Assembly (NCBI RefSeq): GCF_000315625.1 | Contig: NW_005434668.1 | Span: 180,938 to 244,937, forward strand | DNA length: 64,000 bases | Direction of reading: 5' to 3' | Origin: Guillardia theta CCMP2712 | Taxonomy: Eukaryota; Protista; Cryptophyta | Shown: positions 12,919-24,985 of the stretch, piece after piece | Position numbering within the stretch: position 1 is the first letter of the stretch | Layout: every line of letters starts with the position of its first letter | The notes under the pieces: model-generated | Told to the model about the DNA's origin: nothing | The model's input: only the letters and a program-made list of their open reading frames with translations | The model's database searches: none | Position numbers and translations under genes: made by a program

Positions 12919-13562
12919 ATGCACCCAGTGCAAATCGACGATAGCGATACTTCCCCGTTGTTCACCTTGACTCCTGCGGACTCTCCATGCTCTCCTACCG
13001 ACCTCATCCCCGACAAGGTCGCCGTCGTCCTCCCCAGGAAGAAGCGCGGACAGCCCAAGGTCCGCGGTATGCGCGTCAGCCTCTCCAAGGAAGACATCCA
13101 GAAGCTCTTCCACCTCCGTCAAGTCGAGGCCGCCAAGCTCCTGGTATCTCCCTCCCCCGCTCCTCCTCGCTCTTCCTGCCTTGCTTACCTCCTTGCCTCT
13201 CCCCATCTCATCAAGCCCTGCTTGCATGCTCAGGCGCTGACCGTCGGCTGTCTTGCTATCAGGGCCTGTCGCTCACTGCGCTCAAGTCGGTATGCCGGAA
13301 AGTCGGCGTCCTCCGCTGGCCGTACTCCCGGGACAGGCAGCAGTCGACCACATCGGGTCTGGGCTCGAGCGCGTCAAGCGGATGGGCAGGGGGGAACAGC
13401 GACGCGAGCACGGAGGATGCGTCAGGAGGGGAGGAGGGAGGGGAGTGGGTGCACGAGTGGGACGGAGATTGCGATCAGGAGGAGGACAGGAGGCCGCTGG
13501 ACGCCAGGTGGATAGCGTGGTACATCTCAGCAACGGAGGAGAGCGACGTGAGTATGTGGTGA
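12919..13562 (+). CDS. RWP-RK domain transcription factor, array A copy 3 (intron 13144-13262)
   Basis: Same RWP-RK core, intron and C-terminus as copy 2. Confidence 0.92.
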
Positions 13563-14254
13563 AGCACTATTCAGCTGGTTGGATATTGCTTTGTTTGGAC
13601 TTAGACTACTCAATTTAACACAGTGTGATTAGATATCATTGCTTTGTTTTGACTTAGACTATTCATTTTTTTGAGACAGTGTGATTATTTGAGGTTCTTT
13701 TAGCTTACTCTATTATTTGCAATCAAGTTATTCGAGGAATACTTTGATTTCAATCTCTTTTTCCATTCGCTTTTCGTTGCCATCCGAACTTGTCAACGCC
13801 GAGGTACAGCATCGACTGTGTCAGCCGGGACATAGCATTAGGCGGGCCTCACTGCTCAGCCTGTGAATCCGAGCATGAGAGTTCCCCGAAGTAGTGTGTA
13901 GAGGTACGGAACTTGATGCATCGACTTTACTACAGGTCATCACTCCATGATCGACCCCCTAACTGAGCGACACCTCAATTTGAATCGGCATCTCAGGTAC
14001 GTTGGCCCTTGTAGTTAAAAAGTCGCTCACTACTAGGGTACTCGAAGTCGCTCATCACATTCTAGGGTACTCCCGGCTCGGAGTTCAATAATAAGTGGCC
14101 GCGTGAGGAGTCCCGGGAAAAGCCGAGCCGCTGAGCTCGGGTGACCGCAAGGCCGCCGCCGTGACCGCTGCCACCGCATCGGGGAGACGCAACTAAAAAA
14201 CGGTACTCAAAAAAATGCCAATGCTACCTTGGCAGCCTAATCTTTACTCAACCC

Positions 14255-14280
14255 GGGGGGGGGGGGGGGGGGGGGGGGGG
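14255..14280 (+). repeat. Poly-G tract (26 nt) in a GC-rich intergenic block
   Basis: Direct reading. Confidence 0.9.
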
Positions 14281-14756
14281 CTCGCAGCCGCCCGGCCCGG
14301 CGCTGGCAGCCCTTCAAGCCACTGACCCGGCCTGAGCACTCATCACCGTGGCCGCACTGTCAAACGGTTAACGATTAAAAATCAGTGCTGTACGAGGACA
14401 ATCAGCCTCGGAACACTGAGTGCCTGGCACGGTGCCACGGTGTGACTCGCCGAAAGCCTAGTCACTGAGAGCCATACGCCGGGCGCTTGAGCTGACGAAA
14501 GATCCTGGACCGGATGCGTTTGCAAGTTGGATCACCTGAGACGTCTTGCGCCGCGAGACGGTCGGACGGTCACTTCAATGGGAAACTGAGTTCCGGCCGG
14601 GCCGCCGGGCCGCCCGGCGCGCCCGGCCCGGGCGGTCACCCCGGTGCCGGCAAAGAGTTTATGACCGCATCCCCACGCTGACCAGTCCAGAAATAGCTTC
14701 ATCGCTGAATTGTGCATAATGCCGACTGGTACAGGGCGCGAGAGGATGGAACGACG

Positions 14757-17700
14757 ATGACAGTTACTGAGATGTTGCAAGGTGTGAATCCCAGAACGAT
14801 GTTACGAAACCATCACATCCAAAGGCTTCTTATAGCTTGCCCTGTCGTGTTCTTCATCCTTATCGTTGCCGCGAATCTGCAGGGAGGCAGTACAGGTGTA
14901 GAACATGATCTGTTGGAACAAGCAGCAGAAGATGTCAGCCGATGCTCGAAGTTCACTGGGTTCCTTTTGAATGAATGTTTGGAGCAGAAACAGACGAGAC
15001 AAAGTTCTCCTGCATTGTGGACAGAGGACGAGTTGAAGAATGGGCTGTGGAAGACAGAGAAAGCGTTGGCAGACATGGAGATAAGGCAGTATAAGAACAG
15101 CAGACAGAGGGAAGCCGCGCACAAAGCACAAAACCAAAGACTGGACAAGTTTAAGAAGAGGATGGAAGGCGCCCTGACATTGATACACCAAATCCAGGAT
15201 GAGATGGGAACTAGTCACAGCGAGCTAGTGCAGAGGTTGAAAGATGACCTCCAGCGGACCAAGTCCAAAATATCCGGCTACATAGATGACGGTACAACTC
15301 AGCTGAAGGAGAAGCTGGACGTGCTGAACAGGAGAGAGATCGCTCTGACGAAACGCCTCCTGGAGATGATAGATGCGCAATCTCGGATCCTCACCCAAGA
15401 GGCGGACGGCGATCACCAGGAGGAGATGAAGAAGAACGATGAAGTGAAGGGGTTCATCGAGGGTAAGAAACTGATGCGTTGTACAGATGTCTGTAGAGAT
15501 CTTTGATGTGTTGTAGAGATCTCTGTAGAGATCTCTGATGTGTTGTAGAAAGCTCTGTTTGCGGGTGTACTTGATTTGGTTCTCCTCTGTGCTCAAGGTC
15601 TGAGCGCTCCTCCAGGTGTGCACGACGAGCAGCGGAGGGAAGACGCTCGGATTCTCAGCGAGATAACCTTTATCAAGTCGGCGATTCAGACGCTCAGACA
15701 GCGGCAGGGGCGCGACTATCAGAGTTTGGATGACATACACAAGAAGATGGTAGCGAAGATGGCTGATAACGTCGAGGAAGCTCGGACGAACCTCGAGAAG
15801 CATGTGATGTCGTTTACGTACTTTGTGAGCTTGCACTGAATGGGTGTCAACAGGTGTCTATGATCAAGGCGAATGTTTCGTCACAGATACAACTGGATAA
15901 AGACCGGATGGAATCCAAGATCCAAGATCTCTCAACAAACGGCCAAAATAGAGTGCTCCAGTTGGACGATAAATCAAAAGATCTTGTCAGAAATCTGCAG
16001 GAGAAGCTGAGCTCGCACAAGGAGTACCAGGTCTGTACGATCAAACATCGATTCATACTCATGTTGCATCTCCAGTCGGCGAACAATACACAGCAAAGGA
16101 AGAACATTCTCGACCTAAAGCAAGATCTGCTTGCCTACAACCTCACGAGCAACCAGGAGATCGAAGCTCTAAAGGAGAATTCCACTCGATTTCAAGAGGT
16201 ATAGACCCTCCTTTGCCATCTTCCTCCCGCCCTCCCTCCCCAAGTTACGCACGCACGCACGCACGCACGCACGCTGTTCGAATCCCTCCTAGATTCTTCT
16301 CACATCTCTCACCCTTGACCCGGTGTCGGCAGGTCTTTTCTGCATCAGCAGATGCGCTGCGAACGGCTGAGAGCAAGCAGCGAGCTGATGTCTTGAGCCT
16401 CATCACCTCCGTGATCCAGTCGCTCGACAACCTCCAGCAAACATCGACGAGTCAGGCAAGAAACAGCGTCAGCTTGTTGATGTACAGCTCACTGTGGTTC
16501 AGGTCCACCTCAACGAGGAGAGGACGACGCCTGAAGTTTCGAAGATCACGTCGGACATCAACAGTGCAATCTCTGAGATCGAACAGAAGCGCAACGAGGA
16601 CTACAGTGAGCTGAAGGACACGTTTGAAGAACGATTGGCTACGTTGAAGGATACCAACATGCAGAAAGCAGGCAACCTGGACAGGGTGTACAGCAAGTCT
16701 GTGAACAACGTTGCTGCGAAGCTAGGAGAGGCTCGTACATCTGTGGAAGCCTTTGACAATCAACAAAAGCAAGAGTCATCGAGTCGGATGCAGGCATGGA
16801 AGGCTAAGTTTGAAGCAAACAACACACAGCAGGGAACTGAACTGAACTCGCTCACTCGCACAGTGTCAGAGGGATCGACTAAGCTTGCTGGATTTCTGTC
16901 CGAGCTTACGACCAAGATCTCCAGTCTTGTGACCACTTTGCACCGCGAGCAGGATTTCTTGGATTCCTCCCACCGAAAGAACGTGACAAACCTGAACGAG
17001 TCCCTGATCAAGGACCTTGCCGCCTTCGAGGACAAGATAGTCCGCCTGGCTCATCACGAGGCCTCGTCCGCACATGGCGAAGTGCTGGGCTCTTTCACTG
17101 CAGAGAAGTTTGCGCTTAACTCTCTTGAAAGCAACTTAGCCTATCAAGACGAAAATCTGAATCAGACGCTGCAGTCGCAGCTTTCGAGCTTCCGTGCCTC
17201 GTCTCAGAAGGCAAACTCCCGTCTCCAGAGCGACGTTGACTTGCAAGCACGGAAAAGGTCGGAGTGGGACAGCCGGCTGACGGAGGAAGAAAACATTCAC
17301 AATGCAGTACAAGGAAACCTCTCATTATACCTTGCTGCCCTTCAGACCGCCCGGAACAACGCGATTGACGCTCTGCGAGCTCAGCTCTCTCAAAGTCTCA
17401 ATTCTGTGGAGGAAGAGATCAAGAGCGAAGTCAATGAGCTCGACCGTCAGAAGAGCCATAGCATTCTCTCCAAGAAGCAAGCTGCCTTGGAGGTGATTGA
17501 CAGGCTCGAGGCCCTCGAGACCTCGTTGCTTGCCAACTCAACTTCCTTCAACGGGAAGCTGCAGGTAAGCGACCTTGACCCGCATGTCAGCTAACGATGC
17601 TGATGATGATGGTGCAGGGTGAGCAGCTAGACTGGCACGATGCAGAGGAGGCGAAAGTGAAAGGTTTCCAGTCCAATTTTGACACGTGGAAAGATGCGAA

Positions 17701-20700
17701 CAGCAACAACATGGAGGGATTCAACGAGTCGACGCACGTGAAGGAGAAGCAGCTTGCGGACGAGCAGGAGGCTATGGGACACAAGATCGTTGAGGATGAG
17801 CAGGAGCTGACCAGAGGCTACGAGCGAGACGTCTCGTCACTGAAGCAGCGGCTCTCGTCCTCGTTGGACCTCTACAACCAGACGGAGATGGAGTTGCTGG
17901 CGCAGTCTGTGCGACAAGCCATGATGAAGGTTGAGCAGCTCGGCTGGCAGCTGGGGGCGAACGGGGCGAAGCTGAGGGCGAAGGTGCATAAGGAGGAGGA
18001 GGATCAAGAGGAGCTGTACTCGACTACAAAGAGGCTGCTCGCTCAGATCCAGGCGGATCATCAGTCCTTCCTTGAGCAGCACGAGAGCGAGTTGAGTATC
18101 CTCGAGAGCCGTGAGGCTGCCCAGGAACAAAGCCTCGTGCACGAGGTGCGAATGGCGCTCTCCTCTCCTCCTCGCCCCCTTTGCACTTGATCCTTTCTTG
18201 TCTTTCCTCGCTTCTCTCCGCTACCCTCTCCTAGCCTCCCTTCCCCTCCCCTCCCCTCCCCTCCCTTCCCTTCCCTTCCCTTCCCTTCCCTTCCCTTCCC
18301 TTCCCTTCCCTTCCCTTCCCTTCTATTTGCTCCTCCTTGCCTGACCTGATTAATTGCAGGCACTTCTGTTGAGAAACGACATGTCCGAGTGGTCGGCAGA
18401 GGAGGAGGGGACAGTGGGGCCAGGAGTAGTCACCAAGGAGGAGGAGATGGACGGGAAGCTACGGGCAATGGTGTCGGCGCTGCGCAATAAGCTGAAGGAG
18501 GGAGAGCAGGAGCAGAAGAGCGGGAGGGGGCAGGAGCAGGAGAAAGACTCGACCCTGCACTCAGACCTGTCTTCGGACCTCGCTGCTATGCAAGCAGCTC
18601 TCGACAGCGACGTGTCGCAGGAGGGAGAGAAGTGGAAGTCAGCGAACAGCACCATCTATGATCTCATCCTCCCCATCAATCGAGAGGTCTCTTCCACCGA
18701 GCTGAGGCTTGAGCAGCTGGACCGCTCCATGGACTCAGCATACGCCCAGCTGCGCGCGAAGCACGAGCAGACGGTGAACGAGATCAAGGAGAAGATCCAG
18801 GACAAGACGAACAGTCTTAAGGGGGAGGGAGACGTTGACCAGAGCAAGCAGGATGAGGAGATCTCGAGGCTGATCACTCAGTCGATGAGCAGGAGGATGG
18901 CGGAGCTGCTGAACCTCCAGGATCAGCTGAAGGTGTACATCTCGCACTTCAAGAACGACATGTCCAGCCAACTCTCAGTATTCTCCCACCTCCACCAGGA
19001 GAACCTCGACAGCTATGAGGAGGTGGATAGGCTGGTGAAGGAGAGCAAAAGGAATGTTTCCAGCTCCCTCCAACTCCTCTCCGACAATCTTGCTCACCTC
19101 AAGCTGGATGTGCAGGAGGGTTCACGCCAGCTCTCCGATGCAGAGGAGGAGGAGAAGGGCACTGTCGTCAACGACCTCCAGCGCCTGCGCAACAACTTCA
19201 CCTCCACCCTGCAGGATCTCAAGCAGGGGATCCTGCAGCGGATCGTCTCGCTCAGGGCAGACATCGTGCGGGTGCAAGGAAAGCTGGAGAGCGAGGACGC
19301 CGTGCTGGAGCGAGAGCACGACAACGACGACCGGAGCGTCCGGTCGAAGCTGGTGACGGGTGTCAACCAGCTCGACAGGTCTGCTCAGTCCATCCTCCAG
19401 CAGCAGAGCAGGGAGGTGCAGGGGAACATCAATCAGCTGGTGGCCAGCCAGAACTCAGTCCTCTCCTCCCTTGACAGATCCACCCACTCCCTGCTCTCGA
19501 GCCTCCGCAATCGCGTCCAGCTCGCTGCCACCAAGGAGGCCAACGACATGCGCGTGCAGGACCAGAAGTTTGGTTCTGTGGACGGGAAGGTGAAGAAATG
19601 GTGGGACGACGGGAGAACATCGGTGAGTGACAAGGCGCTTTCACATCCCCCACCCCCCTCCTCCCGGTCCTGGTCCTCTCCCTTTGCTTTCTCCTTGCCT
19701 TTCCTTGTCTCTTTCCTCTTCCCACGTGATCTCCTCCCCTTCACGGTCTCCTTCTCACTCCTAACGCCTCCCTCCAGCTCTCTTCGCTGCGGGCGAAGCT
19801 CGAGAGGATCGAGGAGAGGGTCCGCAGCCGCAAGCAGCGACTGGAGCAGGAGCAGGCGACTGCCATCTCTCAAGTTGTTGCGAAGCTCGAGCGAGCCATC
19901 ACCGCGATGAACGCGACGATCCTGTCCTACTACTCGCAGGCAGAGCAGTCGAGCACTTCCTCCCTCCTGGCCCAGCTCTCCTCCCTCGATACCTCCCTGC
20001 AGCGCATCAAGAATGAACAGAGCAGAGCGCTCCGAGACGAGGACAGAGATATGAATCAGGTGAGGAGGAGCAGGAGGGAGGAAAGGAGGAGCAGGAGCAG
20101 GAGCAGGAGGAGGAGGGGCAGCAGAATGAGAGCGGAGGGCGGAGAGGGGCAGGGGCAGGGGCAGGGGCAAAGGGGAGGGGAAGGAGGAGGGAAGGGAGGA
20201 GAATAACAAGCATACAGATCAACGAGTATCACATCAACACCATCAAGCTCATCCGGAACAGACTGAGCCACGTTCTCAACCTCATTGACAACTTTGCATC
20301 CTCTGCCGATGGGCGAATGAGAGAGTTGAAGGCGTTCTTCCATCAGTCTCAGGATGACCTGGAGGTCAGACAACTCGACCTGATTCTCTACCTCCAACTC
20401 CCGCTGTCGCCTTTCTTTTCTTCATTCCCCAAATCTGCTCCATTGCCCTCTCGTCTCCTTCTCACTGCTCTCCTTGTTTCCTTTCGTTCTCCCTTTGCAT
20501 TCCCCTTCCTCCTCTCCTCTCCTCCTCTCCTCTCCTCTCCTCTCCTCAATCCCCTCCTCTCCTCTCCTCTCCTCTCCTCTCCTCTCCTCTCCTCTCCTCT
20601 CCTCTCCTCCTGCTCTGACCTCCTTGGCTCCCCACACTCGCGTCATTGACCACATGCTGCAGGGGAACTTCAGGGATCTGATCGCAACGGGGACGAGGGA

Positions 20701-21442
20701 GCGAGCTGAGATCAGAACTCGGGTGGCATCCAAATACACCGCGCTGAGGAGGACGTTTGCAGTGGACTGGAGGTACCAGCAGCAGCTGTTGGAGAGGAGG
20801 ATGGAGGAAAGGACGAAGGATCTGGAGCGAGACATCGCAAACTTTCAGCGGCAGCTCGAGTCCCAGACGGCTCAGCTGCAGGAGAGGATGAAGCGCATGA
20901 AGGGCAGGGACGACGACATGGAGCAGGACCTGAGCAAGAGGATCGACAAGGCGAAGGAGGAGAGGAGGAGGGTGGAGCGACTGGAGGAGGACGTGTGGGG
21001 CAACTACTTGCATGCCAAGTCAGCTCTGGCTGGGCTGAAGGAGGACACGAAGGAGAGGGAGCAGAGCACGGACGCAAGCATGGCGAGCCTGGAGCGGGAG
21101 CTGAACAACAACCAAGGAGCAGCAGACAGCATCACCCGCATCCAGCAGACGCTAGCGGCCCTTAAGACAAGGATCAACGAGCTAGCACGTGGAGTTGGTG
21201 TGAAGAGCGACGGGCTGAGGACGAAGGAGGCAGACGCGAACGAGCTCGGGGAAGTGGCGACTGCCTTCCTGCGGTCAGAGCTGGAGCGACTACAGAGGCT
21301 GCTGGACTCGTCGGTGAACGAGAGGAGGAGGATAAGGTCGCAAGCAGAAGGAAGCATGAGAGACTTCCAGCTGCGACTGGAGAAGTTCCGAGGAGACTTG
21401 CGGCAGATCAACGCGACCTGGAACGCCTACGACCAGCCGTGA
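14757..21442 (+). CDS. Very large multi-exon coiled-coil protein with an N-terminal signal anchor and many N-glycosylation sequons
   Basis: Hydrophobic LLIACPVVFFILIVAANL near the N-terminus. Continuous heptad-like exons (ORFs 14712, 15576, 15854, 16494, 17597, 18354, 19907, 20474) joined by short introns. Stop at 21440-21442. Confidence 0.8.
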
Positions 21443-21512
21443 TGACTGCAAGTGTCTTGTTATTGTTTCGATCCCAGTCGGCGGGTCGTCGAACGGCTCT
21501 CTCTGCCTTGAC

Positions 21513-22535
21513 TTACTTGTATTCCCTTGCCCCAGCTTGTAAATCTTCTTTCCCCTCCCCCCCTCCCTCTTGGGGGTTGTCCTTTTCTCTTATCTTTAGA
21601 TTTCTTTTCATAAACATTTCCCTTAGAACCTCGCCTACAAGAACCTTGGCTCCTGTTTCTCCATCTGCAATGGATGTCATATCATTCCGCATCTCTTCTC
21701 CCCAATCTATCGCTCCTCTCCTCTCCTAACCTTTCCCCCACTCTCCCTTTTCCTTCTCCCTTCACATTTTCCCCTCATCATCTTTCTTCATCTTTATCTT
21801 CTCCTCCTTAACCCCCTCTCCACTTTCCTCTCCTGCCTCCTCTTCTCTCCTTTCCTTCACTCTTCTCTCCCCCGCTCTCCCTTCCCTCTCCTCCTCACCT
21901 GAAAACGTCTCATCAGTCCCTTCTTCGCATTCACCTCGTAACTCTGGTGGAACAGTCGCAGGTGCCGAGGCTTCAGCGTGTTTTCAAGGAAGGCAACAGC
22001 CCTGCTCCCCCACTCAGCACCATCCCCTCCCCCCCCGCTCTTCCTCCTCCTCTTCCTCCTCACTTGCTCGCTTCTTCGATCGCCCGCGCCTGCGCCTTCA
22101 CCTCCGTCTCCACCTCCGACACTGAGCTCGAGATCTGCCGCAGCTCCTCCTCCTGCTGTTCCGGTCGCTCCCACTTCACCTCCCACAGCTTCTTCCGGAT
22201 CGCGCGGGAGATGGGGGATACTGGGGGTTGAGCGCGTGAGGAGGGAGGACGAGGACGGAGGTGGCACCTTGAGATGGCACAGCAGCTTGTGGAGAGCTGA
22301 GCAGTTGCTGGGCTGGAGGGATTATCGGGCTGAGAGAAAGACTCGCCCTATGGACTCGATCACGGGAAAAGGCATGCTGGACGATACCTTGCTGCTGGTG
22401 AGAAGCTCAGGTCCCCGGCCATCTCATCGTCTGCGAGGGAGTGAGGATGATGGAAAGGAGGAAAGGGAGGAGGACGAGGACGAGGACGAGAAGGAGAAGG
22501 AGGACGAGGACGAGGACGAGGACGAGAAGGAGAAG

Positions 22536-22572
<37 letters not shown>

Positions 22573-24329
22573 GGGACGGGGAGGTAGTCGAGGAAATTGT
22601 AAGATGAACAAGAGGGACGATATAGAGGAGGGAGAGGGGCGGGAGAACTTCCAAACCTTCCTGGCTCGTATTGAGGTTCTGCACTTGGGAGGAGGCGTAT
22701 CCTCTGCCGTAAATCTTCTCTCTGATCACTCGCAGCAAACAGCAGACACTGTTTCATCCTCACCTGCCCCCAGCGTCTTCCCTTCCCCGAGTATGGCCGC
22801 CAACCATCGCCACCTACCACGAGCGTCTCGAATCCTGGGATCTCTGCAGCAATGAGTTATTGAGCCTCCCACCTGCCTCCGCCGACCTTGCCCTCACTCT
22901 CTCGGTCGTCTGCTACCTCCACCACCTCTTCCTCGTACTCCTACTCTCCCCTCTTCCCCTCCCCCCTCCCCTCCTCCTAGTCCTCCTCGAACTACTTCTT
23001 TCCTTCCTACTCCTACTGCTTCCCCCGGCTGCCGCCGTCTCACCTTGCTGGAGCGATCTTCGTAGCGGCAAGTAAGGATCCCTCAAGGCAGTTCGCCCTC
23101 CCTCCTCCTCCTCCTCCTCCTGCCGTAGCTGCGGAGAACCACAGACGTCCTGCAAGGAGGCTAACCGAGCAGCCGCAGGCGATTCTTCCTCCTCACCTTC
23201 TGCAGCTTCAGGAGCTGGAGGATCTTTCTCTCTGCCCTGCTCTCTCCCCGCAGCTCCTTGCTCGGTGGCATCCAATGGTGCTCCTCCTTGGCTCGGAGGT
23301 AGGACACGCACGTCGCGCTCTTGGCAAGCTGCTCCAGCCTGCCGATGCGACACAGGAGGGAGGGGCAAGGAGTCAGCGAAGAGCTGGAGAGGAACGGAGA
23401 CGGAGATGGAGAGAAGAACAAGCAAGAGAAAGAGAACGAGCAGGAACAAGAGCAGGAACAAGAGCAGGAACAAACAAGAGCAGGAACAAGAGCAGGAACA
23501 AGAGCTTTACCTCCTGAGCTCAAGAATGTTCAGACGGCCTTCTTCCTGCCTCCGCTCGAGGATGCGAAGCAGCTCAATCGCTCTGCTCCTCACTCAGTAA
23601 CCTGAGGGGGGACGGCAGGTACCTGACCTCCTTCCCTCCTCCATCGCTCGCTCCCTGCTGGATGCCACATCCCACTCTTCTCCTTCTTCCCTCACAAGGT
23701 GAGCCGTCGCTCCGCGCATCCCTCTGCCATCACCTCCATCAGGACGCGATGCTCCCGGGAGCGCTCCTCCTGCAGCGTCTAACGGCTGGTCCCAAGTTTC
23801 CATAATGTCTCCGTCAAACCACGAGTAGGCGGGGAAGGCGACTTTCTCCTGGAAGGCCCTCGCTCTCCACAAGACGATCCTCTCCAGGTACCAACTCGGC
23901 TCTTCGCCATGGGGTAGAAACCGAACGAGCATGCTGGTCGGCCTTCCGATGTTCCTTGCATGGAGAGTGAAGGTGTTTCTGCTGCCATGGCTGAAGACCT
24001 GTCGCTCCTCTAGCCCCATGGCCTTGGACATCATGCTCTGATCAAGTTGCCGCTCTCCTGTAGTCCCCAATGTGCCTGCCACATCCGGCATGAGCATGAG
24101 AGGAGGGAGAGAGTCACGACTTGCCGTTGACATTGACGAACACCTTTGACGACGTGCCTGACCCTACAGGCCTTCCCGTGAACACCTGGACCTTGTACAC
24201 GACCGTCTGCTGCGAGCAGAGTTCCTCCAGCTCTTTGCATGCCCACGAGGTCCCGTCCTCGTCCTCGTCGCTCCCCTCTGCATAGCTGCTGCGCCGCCAT
24301 GCGCTTCTCTCGCTCACTTCAGACGGCAT
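21513..24329 (-). CDS. PLAT/LH2-domain protein, multi-exon
   Basis: YKVQVFTGRPVGSGTSSKVFVNVN|GTLGTTGERQL...FSHGSRNTFTLHARNIGRPTSMLVRFLPHGEEPSWYLERIVLW...FPAYSWF matches the PLAT consensus. Downstream exons are helical or low-complexity; 3' end is tentative. Confidence 0.8.
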
Positions 24330-24577
24330 AACTACATTCTCTGATACTTGTTCACTCCTCTCTACACTCTTCTTCCTCCTCTCCTCTCCTCCCCCCCTCC
24401 CTCTCCTCTCCTCTCCTCTCCTCTCCTCTCCTCCCGTCCCCTGCTTCCTTGTTCGCCACCTCTCAATCCCTCCATTCCCTACCGCCCTCCTCCCCCCTCC
24501 ATCCCTACCCCCGCCAAAAACAAAAAATGCAAACTCTGGTTTGACCGCTCTTACCCTCCTGCTGCGCGCGGAAGAGC

Positions 24578-24947
24578 ATGGCGGTGCTGAACGAGGAGCT
24601 GGTGCTGTCCAAGACCAAGTGCAAGGACCTCGAGCATGTTCGCAACCTCAACGTGACCCTGCCATCGCGCGCCTCCGGCATGCAGCGCAGCTGACGATAC
24701 GCAGGTGTTCGGGTCCGATGTGGAGGACGTGAGCATACTACAGGTGCGAGTGCGTGTGCTGCTTGACGAGGCTGAGGGAGCAAAAGAAAATGCCAAGTGT
24801 GGAGGTCTTGTCGCTGTCTGCCAACAAGATCAAGGAGCTGCGATGGTTCGCATGCTGCCCGAGGCTACAAGAACTGTATCTGAGACGCAACGAGGTAGTA
24901 AGAGGAGGCGGAGGGGAAGGAGGAAGCCAACGAGGACGAGGACGAGT

Positions 24948-24985
<38 letters not shown>

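Noticed and set aside
8967-13562. Calling the RWP-RK genes MID or a mating-type locus, or calling the shared core a transposon
   Set aside because: Only the domain family is supported, with no orthology evidence; no TIRs, TSDs or transposase are visible around the core.
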